Shown piece by piece: positions 19,985 through 28,640 of a stretch of 51,971 bases of DNA. The notes beneath the pieces are model-generated. The model was not told where the DNA came from. It saw only the letters and a program-made list of their open reading frames with translations, and searched no databases. Within the stretch, counting starts at the first letter, position 1. Each line of letters starts with the position of its first letter. The stretch is from a virus. Taxonomy: Duplodnaviria > Caudoviricetes. Made by a program: the position numbers and the translations under genes. Location of the stretch: the IMG/VR virus record IMGVR_UViG_3300023274_000005, positions 1-51,971 of that record; one strand, given 5' to 3'.

Positions 19985-20691
19985 CAAGCAACATCCAGCA
20001 GTACAGAAACGTACCCGACCTGATCGAACAGATCAAGCGTCTCGAGAAGCGCATTGCGGTCCTCGAGACGTCTAAGCGTATCGGCTCGTCCTCCGTTGAC
20101 AGCGGCTCGCTCATCATCAACGACGGCGACCTGATCATCAAGGACGCCAGTGGCAGTGAGCGCATCAGGTTGACTCGAGGCGTCAACCCTAGTGTGTATC
20201 AGCGTGCAGCCAATGCAACAGACGAAGCGAGAGCGCGTGCCGTAGCGTTCGAGCAAGACGGCAAGCTTCAGTATCAGCTGTACGTGGTGCGGGACTCAGA
20301 CGGAGCAGGTGACGGAGGCAAGCTCCTGCTGACTCGCGAGTACGCGTACCTGTCGCACCAGCCAGCGTCTGGCGAGGAAACGTTCATTGGCCTCTCGGCT
20401 TATGCTGCCTATGACAACCACTTCCTCTTCAGGGGCAAGTGGATCTCTGACAACCAGTTCGCTGACTGGAATGCAGTGTTCATGGGCACTGCGAAGGTGG
20501 AGTCGGGGTTCAGTGGGTACGCACACACCTACGACTATCCCTATCCGACGACGCCGCTAGTCCTGTACTCTGTGACTGGCAACCCGGCAACCTTCACGCA
20601 CAGCATCACAGCCACCAGCACTACGGGCTTCACCGTAACATGGTCTGGTACGGCAGCCCACGATGTCAACTACTTGATCCTGCGGAGGTAA
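19981..20691 (+). CDS. Minor tail protein
   Basis: N-terminal coiled coil then beta domain ending STTGFTV...VNYL. Confidence 0.7.
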   Translation: MTSNIQQYRNVPDLIEQIKRLEKRIAVLETSKRIGSSSVDSGSLIINDGDLIIKDASGSERIRLTRGVNPSVYQRAANATDEARARAVAFEQDGKLQYQLYVVRDSDGAGDGGKLLLTREYAYLSHQPASGEETFIGLSAYAAYDNHFLFRGKWISDNQFADWNAVFMGTAKVESGFSGYAHTYDYPYPTTPLVLYSVTGNPATFTHSITATSTTGFTVTWSGTAAHDVNYLILRR

Positions 20692-20692
20692 C

Positions 20693-21100
20693 GTGAAGAT
20701 CCAAAACCCCGCACGGGCTGACGACCGCGTTGCCGTGGAGATCATCATGGCAGATGACAGCAAGCTGCTGTTCACATTCGCGGGGGCTACCGTACAGGCT
20801 ATCATGGATGAGGAGAGTGTCGGACGCGAGGAGGCCGTTCGCAAGATCATCCAGCAGCACATACCGACCGAGGAGCTTGATCCCCTGGGGGACTTGCTTC
20901 CGACTCTGGAGGGAGTCATCGATGAAGTACAGCAAATTGATCGCAGCGCTACTCGCTGGGCTGGTAGTGGCGGTTCCGATCCTGACGGCGGGAGCGCAGG
21001 ACGGACACCTGAGCCTCTTCGAAGTCCTGTCGACACTGGCGACGTTCTTCCCGGCAGTCGTCGTCGGGTTGTCGCCGGCGAACAAGCTCGACACCGCTGA
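20693..21100 (+). CDS. Hypothetical protein (3' part overlaps holin)
   Basis: RBS GGAGG before GTG; first ~80 aa look globular. Confidence 0.5.
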   Translation: MKIQNPARADDRVAVEIIMADDSKLLFTFAGATVQAIMDEESVGREEAVRKIIQQHIPTEELDPLGDLLPTLEGVIDEVQQIDRSATRWAGSGGSDPDGGSAGRTPEPLRSPVDTGDVLPGSRRRVVAGEQARHR

Positions 21101-21200
21101 CCTGGTCAGCCAGATCAACAAGAACCCCGACATCAACCTCGTCGACATCAAGGCGGACGTATCTGGCCTCATCAAGAGGCCCGGAGAGGAACTGAAGTGA
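20922..21200 (+). CDS. Holin-like two-TM protein
   Basis: MKYSKLIAALLAGLVVAVPILTAGAQDGHLSLFEVLSTLATFFPAVVVGLSPAN; RBS GGAGGGAG. Confidence 0.7.
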   Translation: MKYSKLIAALLAGLVVAVPILTAGAQDGHLSLFEVLSTLATFFPAVVVGLSPANKLDTADLVSQINKNPDINLVDIKADVSGLIKRPGEELK

Positions 21201-22246
21201 TCAACCGTATCAGCAGGGCGCTCGCGGCGCTCGTCATCGTCCTGGGGATCGGTATCGCCGCCCCGCCCAGCCAGGCAGCTCCGGCGAGCAAGGCTGACCC
21301 CGCTAAGGGCTCGCCCATCGTCGACCAGAAGACCCACAAGGTCATCGGCGACCTCGGCAACCACAAGGCAAGCAAGTCGCCCTGCGGAGGCGTGTGCCGG
21401 CAGTACCTGGAGAGCATCCAGTTCATCGGAACCGGTTCCCCCGGTACCGGTGCGTCGGCCGTGAAGCTGGCCACGAGCCAGCACAACACGTACCGGTCGT
21501 CGAACAGCTACCACACGCTCTGGGAGGTGTCGGCTCAGGGAGTCTCGTCCAACGGTACCGACGGCAACATCGTCGAGATCGGCTGGCGCAAGACGGGTAC
21601 CACCACCGGCCAGGCCGGCTGCTCGAGTACCACGAACCCGTGCCTCTTCCTGTACGCATGGGTGAACGGCGTCGGTCAGGGCTACGGCTCGGACGCGGGC
21701 TCGAACTACGTGGACAACCCCAACGAGCCCGTCGACAACACCACACCCCTTGCGGTTACCGCCGGTGGTGCATCGCCGACTGTGTTCTACGAGTACGGTG
21801 CGCGACACATGACGACGCCGCCGTCGTGGTGTACGACGACTCCGGGTGTCGGTGCTTGGGTCATGACGCAGCAGAACGTGGGGGCCACCCGTGACATCGC
21901 GTGCTACAAGGACACGCTGTGGACCAGTCAGGGGGAGACCTTCACGGAGATCCACCTGACGCAGGCGTTCAACGAGATCGCCGGCACCGACTCCAACCCG
22001 TGTACCGATATGGGCTCAGGAGTGTTCGGCGTGTCCACGACACCGTCGGCCGCGCAGTGGGTGAAGAACTACACCCTCACCGGGGCTACGGCTTCCTGGG
22101 CTGTAGCGGACGTGCATGCGAGTCCTTCCACTCTGTCGCCGACAGCGTTCCGCATCAACAGGAACAGCTCGACGGAGACTCGCAACGGTGGTCCGGGGTA
22201 CAACGGTCTCGGCGGCACTTCAACCGGAACCGTGGGCTCCTGCTAA
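21197..22246 (+). CDS. Secreted neprosin-family (DUF239) glutamic peptidase
   Basis: Sec signal peptide (…ALVIVLGIGIAAPPSQA); NIVEIGW, PCLFLYAWVNG, FNEI…CTDMGSG resemble the neprosin EAGW and GGE…QMGSG motifs. Confidence 0.7.
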   Translation: MINRISRALAALVIVLGIGIAAPPSQAAPASKADPAKGSPIVDQKTHKVIGDLGNHKASKSPCGGVCRQYLESIQFIGTGSPGTGASAVKLATSQHNTYRSSNSYHTLWEVSAQGVSSNGTDGNIVEIGWRKTGTTTGQAGCSSTTNPCLFLYAWVNGVGQGYGSDAGSNYVDNPNEPVDNTTPLAVTAGGASPTVFYEYGARHMTTPPSWCTTTPGVGAWVMTQQNVGATRDIACYKDTLWTSQGETFTEIHLTQAFNEIAGTDSNPCTDMGSGVFGVSTTPSAAQWVKNYTLTGATASWAVADVHASPSTLSPTAFRINRNSSTETRNGGPGYNGLGGTSTGTVGSC

Positions 22247-22257
22247 CTGAATAGACA

Positions 22258-22310
22258 CCAGGCCCCGAACCGCCTACTGCCTCGGTAGGTCCTTCCGGTT
22301 CGGGGCCTGG
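22258..22310. terminator. Bidirectional terminator between convergent arms
   Basis: 15-bp perfect inverted repeat CCAGGCCCCGAACCG/CGGTTCGGGGCCTGG. Confidence 0.85.
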
Positions 22311-22313
22311 CTT

Positions 22314-22505
22314 CTAGTTGATGACGCCCATCTGATGTGCTGTGTGTACCAGGTGTGCGCGGTTGCGACTGGCCGTACGCTTGTACAGCTTGACCAGAAT
22401 CGAGCCTATGGCTGCCGGCGTGGTGTCCATCGCCTTGGCGATCTCTGTGTCGGTCAGACCGTCGGCCACGTGCTGGATGATGAGTGTTTCGTCCTTGTCA
22501 AACAT
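22314..22505 (-). CDS. Stand-alone LuxR-type HTH protein
   Basis: VADGLTDTEIAKAM…ILVKLYKRTASRNRAHLV pattern. Confidence 0.8.
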   Translation of the reverse strand: MFDKDETLIIQHVADGLTDTEIAKAMDTTPAAIGSILVKLYKRTASRNRAHLVHTAHQMGVIN

Positions 22506-22996
22506 CAGCGCAGCTTCTCCAGCCAGGTGTTGTCCTTCAGCGTGAAGGTGACGTAGTAGAGGTAGTGCCGTGCAGCGTCTCGGGCATGGCGATCCATGCC
22601 TTTCCACAACCCCACACGCTTGAGCTTGTCGTCGTTCCAGAAGGTCTTCCCCTCCTTGCTGACGACGGTAGAGGGGCTCTGGAGGATGAGGTCGAGATTC
22701 CGTTGTGCACACCAGAGCTTGACGACACCGACGTACTCTGCCGCGTCGAAGTTCAGGTGCTCGCGGGTCTGTGCCTTCTCCTTCTGGTACTCGAACTTCT
22801 CCAGGATGACTGTGGTGACGGTATCCTGGTGCGCGTCTAGCCAGTCGTACAGGTACTCGTGCGGACAGCTCCAGCCACCTGCCTTGGTTGCCTCTGCGCC
22901 GAGGTCGAGGGTGACGGCCCAGTGTCCGGGGTAGCCGTTCCGACGGGAATCTGCGAAGACGCCTGTGTGAGGTCCGGGATCAATTGCCAGGAGCAT
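22505..22996 (-). CDS. RuvC-like Holliday junction resolvase
   Basis: LAIDPGPHTG, VILEKF, HARDAARH motifs. Confidence 0.8.
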   Translation of the reverse strand: MLLAIDPGPHTGVFADSRRNGYPGHWAVTLDLGAEATKAGGWSCPHEYLYDWLDAHQDTVTTVILEKFEYQKEKAQTREHLNFDAAEYVGVVKLWCAQRNLDLILQSPSTVVSKEGKTFWNDDKLKRVGLWKGMDRHARDAARHYLYYVTFTLKDNTWLEKLR

Positions 22997-23408
22997 AAAG
23001 CTCTCCCTCCACGACGATGATGCTCGGCCGATGCGGCATGCAGGCTAGCTGACCCGTCTGCGCCAGCATCCCATCCAGGTTGTCCAGTGCGTACTCGAAT
23101 TTCAGTCCGCTGCGGAAGTTGTTCTGGAGATCGCCCAAACTCCACACGCACTTGTAGACATCGACGAGCGCGCGGTTGTGGTCCGCGGGCTGGTGTGGGA
23201 GCATCTTTCCGCAGGGGCCCCAGTTGGTCTTCTCCACATGCATCTGAACCATGCGGAAGGTGCTCATCACTGCATTGGCGTTCGGCTCCACGATGACTCG
23301 TGACCAGTAGGGGTAGCCACTGGTCTCCATCCCGTCGAGCAGCCACTCGATCAGCTTGGTGGTTCGTCCCGTTCGCCTGTCTCCTACGATGACCTTCATG
23401 ATCTCCAT
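22980..23408 (-). CDS. Hypothetical protein with degenerate P-loop
   Basis: VIVGDRRTGRTTKL; start uncertain. Confidence 0.55.
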   Translation of the reverse strand: MEIMKVIVGDRRTGRTTKLIEWLLDGMETSGYPYWSRVIVEPNANAVMSTFRMVQMHVEKTNWGPCGKMLPHQPADHNRALVDVYKCVWSLGDLQNNFRSGLKFEYALDNLDGMLAQTGQLACMPHRPSIIVVEGELYAPGN

Positions 23409-23444
23409 CCCATCGGCCGTGTGGTGTTTGTCGGTTACAGCTAA

Positions 23445-23555
23445 CAGATAGACGAGAGATAGACACAAAGGATCTTGTGGGCTTATAGAGGTATTTAACC
23501 TGCCACGTCCTTTGGTCTAAACTCTCGTCTATCTGGTCTAACTACTCGTCTATCT
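23445..23555. repeat. TAGAC/GTCTA repeat cluster with 14-bp inverted repeat
   Basis: CAGATAGACGAGAG (23445) / CTCTCGTCTATCTG (23522); imperfect tandem 21-bp GGTCTAA…CTCGTCTATCT units. Confidence 0.7.
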
Positions 23556-23562
23556 TACCCTG

Positions 23563-23868
23563 CTAGAGCTCTTTCTCGAGCTCGATGATCCACTCTTGCC
23601 GGTCCTCGATCTCCTTGCGGTACTTGGCGATCCTGGCCTGAATGGACTTCTTCTTGTGGCTCTCGGCTAGGACGATGTTGTCCGGATGCAGGTTGCGGTG
23701 GCTGCCGTCTTCAAAGACGGCACGCTCGCCTGGGAGGAGCTTCCTGCCGAGCTTCTTCTCCAGGATCAGGACGTGCTTGCCAACCCAGCCGTTCTCCGTC
23801 TTGACCTGCGTGTAGCCGTTGGCGTTGATCGTCTCAGTCCCGATCGGACTTGGCTTCCCTCTAGGCAT
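23563..23868 (-). CDS. HNH endonuclease-like protein (active site looks degenerate)
   Basis: NGY, HVLILEKKLGRKL, DG…N…DNI; lacks the canonical HH. Confidence 0.65.
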   Translation of the reverse strand: MPRGKPSPIGTETINANGYTQVKTENGWVGKHVLILEKKLGRKLLPGERAVFEDGSHRNLHPDNIVLAESHKKKSIQARIAKYRKEIEDRQEWIIELEKEL

Positions 23869-24121
23869 CGAACCCTCTCAGGGTTGACTTCTTCTCCTGC
23901 GGGTCGAGCTCGTCGGCCTTGGCACGAAGGAAGCCGGCGATGACCTTCGGGCTGTGGCTCGAGAGGTCCTCGGTCTCGACCCACTCTTCGAAGATGTCCG
24001 GGAGGGACCTTCCCTCCGAGGCCGCAACCTTCCGCTCCTCCGGGTCGTAGTAGACCGTACCGCTCTGGAGCTCCGAGATCACGACGCGGTACTTGTTGAT
24101 GAGGTTCTTGGACCTACGCAT
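23861..24121 (-). CDS. Hypothetical protein
   Basis: Coupled to polymerase stop; normal codon usage. Confidence 0.6.
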   Translation of the reverse strand: MRRSKNLINKYRVVISELQSGTVYYDPEERKVAASEGRSLPDIFEEWVETEDLSSHSPKVIAGFLRAKADELDPQEKKSTLRGFDA

Positions 24122-26526
24122 TACAGTTCTCCCCAGTTCTTTCCGTGACTGATGTCAACAGCGAATGGAACGTATTCAGTTATCTCACGAGCTGCTTGGA
24201 CCATCTCAGCTCGTAGCATCTCAGACACCTGCTCCAGTCGTGACTCGTGGCACTCGACGACGAGCGCGTCATGGATCGTAAGGCGAATGAAGCCCAGACC
24301 ACGAAGCTTGGGTCGAAGCCGAATGAGAGCTGTGAGGCAGATGTCGGAAGCGATCGATTGTGGCAGGTAGCTGAGTGCTTCCTTGAGGACGTCTTGCTTG
24401 GTCTGTTCGGTGATGAGTGCGAACCGACGACGACGTCCGAACGGACTGATGAGATCGTGCCCTTCGAGGACGCGACGCTTGATCTCAAGCTGCCATTCAG
24501 CGACCTGCGGAATCGTAGCGAAGAAGGCTTCCAGGTCGCGCTGAACCGTCGAGACAGGAAGTTTGTACTCCTTGGCGATCGAGTAGGCTTCCCGGCCGTA
24601 GCTGAGGCCGTAGAAGTACGCCTTGACTCGGACACGTTGCTCCTTGTTCTCCGTACTGAATCTTTCCTTGTACAGCCCAGCGCCTAGGCTGTTGAAGAGG
24701 TCTTCCCCCGACTCGAAGATGTTCCGAAGGAATTCATCCCGGGACAGCCACGCAATGACGCGGCCTTCAGCCTGTTTGTAATCCGCCTGGATGAATATGT
24801 TCTCAGAGCGACTAACGGCGAATTGCCGCCGAATAGCCTTGTCCCGAACAATATTCTGAAGGTTGGGGTTACGTGAAGCCAGTCGTCCCGACGTGGTACC
24901 GTGCAGGAGATAGTTGGTAAAGACACGTCCACCGTAGAGCCTTTGACGAATACCCTTGACGAACGTTCCGTAACGCTTCGCCTCGAAGCGATGAACCAGT
25001 AGCCCGTTGACAAACATTCCCGCAGGCAACGTCGGGTTGAGTCGCTCGTCGAGTGCATTCAATACCTCCTTGTCGGTCTTCTCGACCTTGATCCCCTGGC
25101 TGTAGAGGAACTCCTTGACCTGCTTGGGCGACCTCGGGTTGATTCGAGGAATCTGTCCGTCGGTTGCGAAGTTGACGATGTCGCTGAGGCTGTCTTCCAT
25201 CTCGTTCAGCTTGCGGACGTAAGCGAGAGACAGCTGGGTGTTGTACTCGACATCGACAGCAATGCCGTTGAGCTCCAGGAACATCAGCTGGTTGCTGGCA
25301 CTGACTAGGAAGTCGTGCCAGTCTCGAAGAGTCTTGACGGGAAGATTTGGGTACGGCCACTCTTTCTTCCCGCAGCCAATTGGATCCTCCGCCATCTCTG
25401 CTGTGAAGACTTCGTAGAGGTCCCAGGTGCAGGCGACGTCGTAGGCGTTATACTTGAAGAGGAGCTCTCTGGGAATGTTGGCGTAGCTTCTTCCGCCGGA
25501 GACGTACTGCTTGATCTCGTCATCATATTGCGGAGCGCCAAGCCGTTCCACGGAAAGGACCTTGAGACCATGGCCTCCAGACCTCTCGTCCAACGCATAG
25601 TGAGCAAGCATGGTATCGAACCACAGTTCCAGTCGCGGGAAGAGTGGCCAGAGACCAGCGAGATCGAACTTGCCGTTGTGCGCAATAAGCCTGCTGCGGC
25701 GAAGAAGTCGTTCCAGACGGCCACGCACCTGGGCCGATTCAAGCGCGCCAGAGCCAATGACACCTGCTGCTCCCTTCTCCCAGCACAGTCCGATGCAGAG
25801 CATCTCGTACATGTTCGGGTGATCGAAGGACGTGTCCTTCTCGATGCCGACCTCGATGTCGGTGACCAGCTCGTAGTGCCCCGTGATGTCTTGCCACTTC
25901 CAGAGCCAGTCGAGGAACTGAACCGCTACGAGCGGTTCGTCGAATGCCTGCCACTTCGGCTCTTGCCACGGAGCCACCTGGCGATGCGTAACCTTCTCGA
26001 TGTCCGCTGCCATTGTGGGAAATGCGTCAGGGTTACGGAGGCAGTAAGCTGGGTGCCAGGTCGGTACAACTCGTTCAACAGTTCCACCGCGAACGCGCTG
26101 TCCAGGTGCCTTGGGAGGACCGACGCGAAGTTGCGTGATGGAGCGTGGATCGTCCACAGTTGCTCCTGCTGCGGTCCCACCAAGTGCAAGGATATCTCGC
26201 ACCCCTGCCCTATGGAGTTCTCCACGTAGACGTCCACTACATGCAGCTTGCGCAGCTGCAGGAGGCGTAGCGTTGTCCGGAGGACGACAAAGTACGACAT
26301 TGGTGTATAGCACCTCCTTCTTGTCGATCCCGTGGTAGTCCAGAACGGTCTTGAGGAGCTTACCGGAAGGTCCCACAAAGGGCCGACCGTATACCACTTC
26401 CTGGAAGCCTGGTGCCTCACCGATGACTGCGAGGGTGGCCCCTCCCACCGGAATGGTGGAAGGAGCCATCTTCTCGTCCTGGAGAGGGCAGTTGGAGCAG
26501 TCAGCTCCGGGTGCCTTCGATTCCAC
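24121..26526 (-). CDS. polA: Family A DNA polymerase with N-terminal uracil-DNA glycosylase (family 4) domain and 3'-5' exonuclease
   Basis: UDG: CSNCPL, GEAPG, CRPPDN, WHPAY; exonuclease: TDIE, HNGKFD, YNAYD; polymerase: GRLASRNPNLQN, ADYKQAEGR, KAYFYGLSYG, IHDAL. Confidence 0.95.
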   Translation of the reverse strand: MESKAPGADCSNCPLQDEKMAPSTIPVGGATLAVIGEAPGFQEVVYGRPFVGPSGKLLKTVLDYHGIDKKEVLYTNVVLCRPPDNATPPAAAQAACSGRLRGELHRAGVRDILALGGTAAGATVDDPRSITQLRVGPPKAPGQRVRGGTVERVVPTWHPAYCLRNPDAFPTMAADIEKVTHRQVAPWQEPKWQAFDEPLVAVQFLDWLWKWQDITGHYELVTDIEVGIEKDTSFDHPNMYEMLCIGLCWEKGAAGVIGSGALESAQVRGRLERLLRRSRLIAHNGKFDLAGLWPLFPRLELWFDTMLAHYALDERSGGHGLKVLSVERLGAPQYDDEIKQYVSGGRSYANIPRELLFKYNAYDVACTWDLYEVFTAEMAEDPIGCGKKEWPYPNLPVKTLRDWHDFLVSASNQLMFLELNGIAVDVEYNTQLSLAYVRKLNEMEDSLSDIVNFATDGQIPRINPRSPKQVKEFLYSQGIKVEKTDKEVLNALDERLNPTLPAGMFVNGLLVHRFEAKRYGTFVKGIRQRLYGGRVFTNYLLHGTTSGRLASRNPNLQNIVRDKAIRRQFAVSRSENIFIQADYKQAEGRVIAWLSRDEFLRNIFESGEDLFNSLGAGLYKERFSTENKEQRVRVKAYFYGLSYGREAYSIAKEYKLPVSTVQRDLEAFFATIPQVAEWQLEIKRRVLEGHDLISPFGRRRRFALITEQTKQDVLKEALSYLPQSIASDICLTALIRLRPKLRGLGFIRLTIHDALVVECHESRLEQVSEMLRAEMVQAAREITEYVPFAVDISHGKNWGEL

Positions 26527-27268
26527 GAGCCCACTCCATGTACGTCTTGATGTTCTTGTCGAGCAGCTCTGACCACAGGTTCCAGTTGCGCTCGAAGTAC
26601 CCTTCGGGTCGGTGCACTCGAGTAGTTGCGTCCAACGCCACCCCTGCTGCCGTGTAGTTGAACGGCATGGAACTGTCGACTGAACGCACCCAGGGATGCC
26701 GCCGTGCGATGTGCAGGATCTCGCTCGGGAAGATGGGACTAGTACCGAGCAGGTGCACCCTGAACCGCTTGTCGAATCCGTTGTTCCGAATCCAGGTGAG
26801 GATGCGATCTCTCATCCAGACGTCGGATTCTGTGTTCAGGTGTCGCGGAACGCCTAGCGTCTTGATCCTGGGAATATCGGCGAAGTGTCTGATGCACTTG
26901 ATGACGCTACCCATGTCACCTTGGGCCTGAACCACTCCCATGAAGGAGTGACCAGCAGTCTCGATGAGCTTGCTGTACTCCTTCATGAAGGAGTCGACCG
27001 CGTCGATGGTAGCGTCGGCACTACCGAGCACATCCGGTAGTACGATCTCGTCCGCACCGTAGAGGTACGCCTTCTCGAAGAGGATGTCCGGCTGGACCAT
27101 CTGCCCTTCCGCCGCACCGTTGTCGACGATGATGTGGTCGTCCGCACTGACGTCGTACTGGTAGACGCCGACGTACGTAGGATCGCACACCTGCGCCAGT
27201 ACGAGGTGGATGTCCGACCGTGTCGCGTAGTTGTAGTATCCCCTAGGAGGGATCAGTGCGGCTCTCAT
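26501..27268 (-). CDS. TGT-fold protein, candidate DNA-guanine transglycosylase (DpdA-like)
   Basis: Ordered motifs IVDNGA, VLPD, GVVQ, HLLG, SVDSS mirror TGT catalytic motifs; lies in the que/folE cluster. Confidence 0.7.
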   Translation of the reverse strand: MRAALIPPRGYYNYATRSDIHLVLAQVCDPTYVGVYQYDVSADDHIIVDNGAAEGQMVQPDILFEKAYLYGADEIVLPDVLGSADATIDAVDSFMKEYSKLIETAGHSFMGVVQAQGDMGSVIKCIRHFADIPRIKTLGVPRHLNTESDVWMRDRILTWIRNNGFDKRFRVHLLGTSPIFPSEILHIARRHPWVRSVDSSMPFNYTAAGVALDATTRVHRPEGYFERNWNLWSELLDKNIKTYMEWARGIEGTRS

Positions 27269-27582
27269 ATCTCCCTCTTCCCGTCGATGAAGTGGGGCTG
27301 CGCGAGAGGACCGTCGTAGCCCTCCTTAGCCAGTCCGATCTCGCCGGCCGTTTCGATCACCTTGACGATGTCGTCGCGGAGCATGGCGAGCTTGATGTAC
27401 GTGAACATGGCGTAGTTGCCAAGGTCGAGTACTTCGTCCATGGCGTGCTGGATCGTGTCGACCTTGAGCCACGTGCCGGGACCGTACTTCTTCTCACCCT
27501 GCTCGTGACGCTGTCGACGTAGCGCTTCGAACTCGTTGGCGTACTCGTTGAGCTTCTTCGCCATCTCTTCGGAAGCACTCAT
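27265..27582 (-). CDS. All-alpha (d)NTP pyrophosphatase-like protein
   Basis: GEKKYG…HAMDEVLDLGNY motif. Confidence 0.6.
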   Translation of the reverse strand: MSASEEMAKKLNEYANEFEALRRQRHEQGEKKYGPGTWLKVDTIQHAMDEVLDLGNYAMFTYIKLAMLRDDIVKVIETAGEIGLAKEGYDGPLAQPHFIDGKREI

Positions 27583-27965
27583 CAGTAGGGACGCTCCGAG
27601 TCACCGTAGGGGTTGTGCACGTGGAAGTCGTGCTTGTCCTGTTCGCCGAAGCGTGCCTGGTTGAAGTCACGCTTCTCGTTCCAGATGCTCTCCCAGTTCA
27701 CATCACGGAACTCCGGAAGGCCCATCATGTTGATGAGGTAGATGAGAACGTCTACCATCTCCTCGCTGACGAGCATCTTGACCTCGTCGAGCGTCTTGCT
27801 GCCGCGCTCGACCTTCTTGATGAGGTTACACACCTCACCGACCTCACCGGCCATGGCCAGAGCCATGAAGGCGGGCGACTGCGCCTGAGGGAACCACTTC
27901 ACGCTATCCGTAGCGCAGGCGTAGATCATGTCGGATAGATTGAGGTTCATCTTACCCTGTGCCAT
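27582..27965 (-). CDS. MazG-like nucleotide pyrophosphohydrolase
   Basis: GEVGEVCNLIKK…EEMVDVLIY. Confidence 0.88.
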   Translation of the reverse strand: MAQGKMNLNLSDMIYACATDSVKWFPQAQSPAFMALAMAGEVGEVCNLIKKVERGSKTLDEVKMLVSEEMVDVLIYLINMMGLPEFRDVNWESIWNEKRDFNQARFGEQDKHDFHVHNPYGDSERPY

Positions 27966-28639
27966 TACTTGATCGCCTCCAGGAATTCCATCTTGGCGGT
28001 ACGGGAGTGATCGGCGAACACTCCGAGGGTCTCGACGATGCGAGTAGTGGTACCAGGAACCTGAGCACCACGAAGCGTCATGCAGAAGTGCTCGGCCTCA
28101 GTGACCACCATAAGGCCCTTCGGCTTAAGGTGTCCTTCCAGGAAGTTCACCACTTCCTGTGTGAGTACCTCCTGCACTTGCAGCTTGCGTGCGAAGTGGT
28201 TGAGCACGCGTGCGAACTTGGACAGGCCGGCGACCTTGCCATCGGGCACGTAGCCGACCCACGCGAAGCCGGAGAACGGAATGACGTGGTGGTTGCAGAC
28301 CGAGTAGAATGGGATCTTCTTGACCACGATCATCTGGTCGACGCTCTCGGGGAACGTCTTCCACTTCATGCAGTCACCGTTGCAGTTCTTGTGCGACGTG
28401 AGTTCGTTCAGCATCGCCAGGAACCGTCGAGGCGTATCCTTGCCGTGCTCCGAGTTCAGATCGAGCCCGGCGTAGACCGCGAGAAGGTCTTCGGCGCAAC
28501 CAGGAACCTCGTGCTTCTCGTCTTGGGAGAGCATCGGACGCTGCACGTCCCTTATGTCCCGCTCCATCTCATCCAACGGAATGTCCACCTTTCGAAAGGG
28601 TGAGGGAAAGACTTCACCTAGGTTCTTGAACTGCTGCAC
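27965..28639 (-). CDS. folE: GTP cyclohydrolase I
   Basis: DTPRR, SVCNHHVIPF, GLSKFAR, LQVQE, HFCMTLRG. Confidence 0.95.
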   Translation of the reverse strand: MQQFKNLGEVFPSPFRKVDIPLDEMERDIRDVQRPMLSQDEKHEVPGCAEDLLAVYAGLDLNSEHGKDTPRRFLAMLNELTSHKNCNGDCMKWKTFPESVDQMIVVKKIPFYSVCNHHVIPFSGFAWVGYVPDGKVAGLSKFARVLNHFARKLQVQEVLTQEVVNFLEGHLKPKGLMVVTEAEHFCMTLRGAQVPGTTTRIVETLGVFADHSRTAKMEFLEAIK

Positions 28640-28640
28640 G

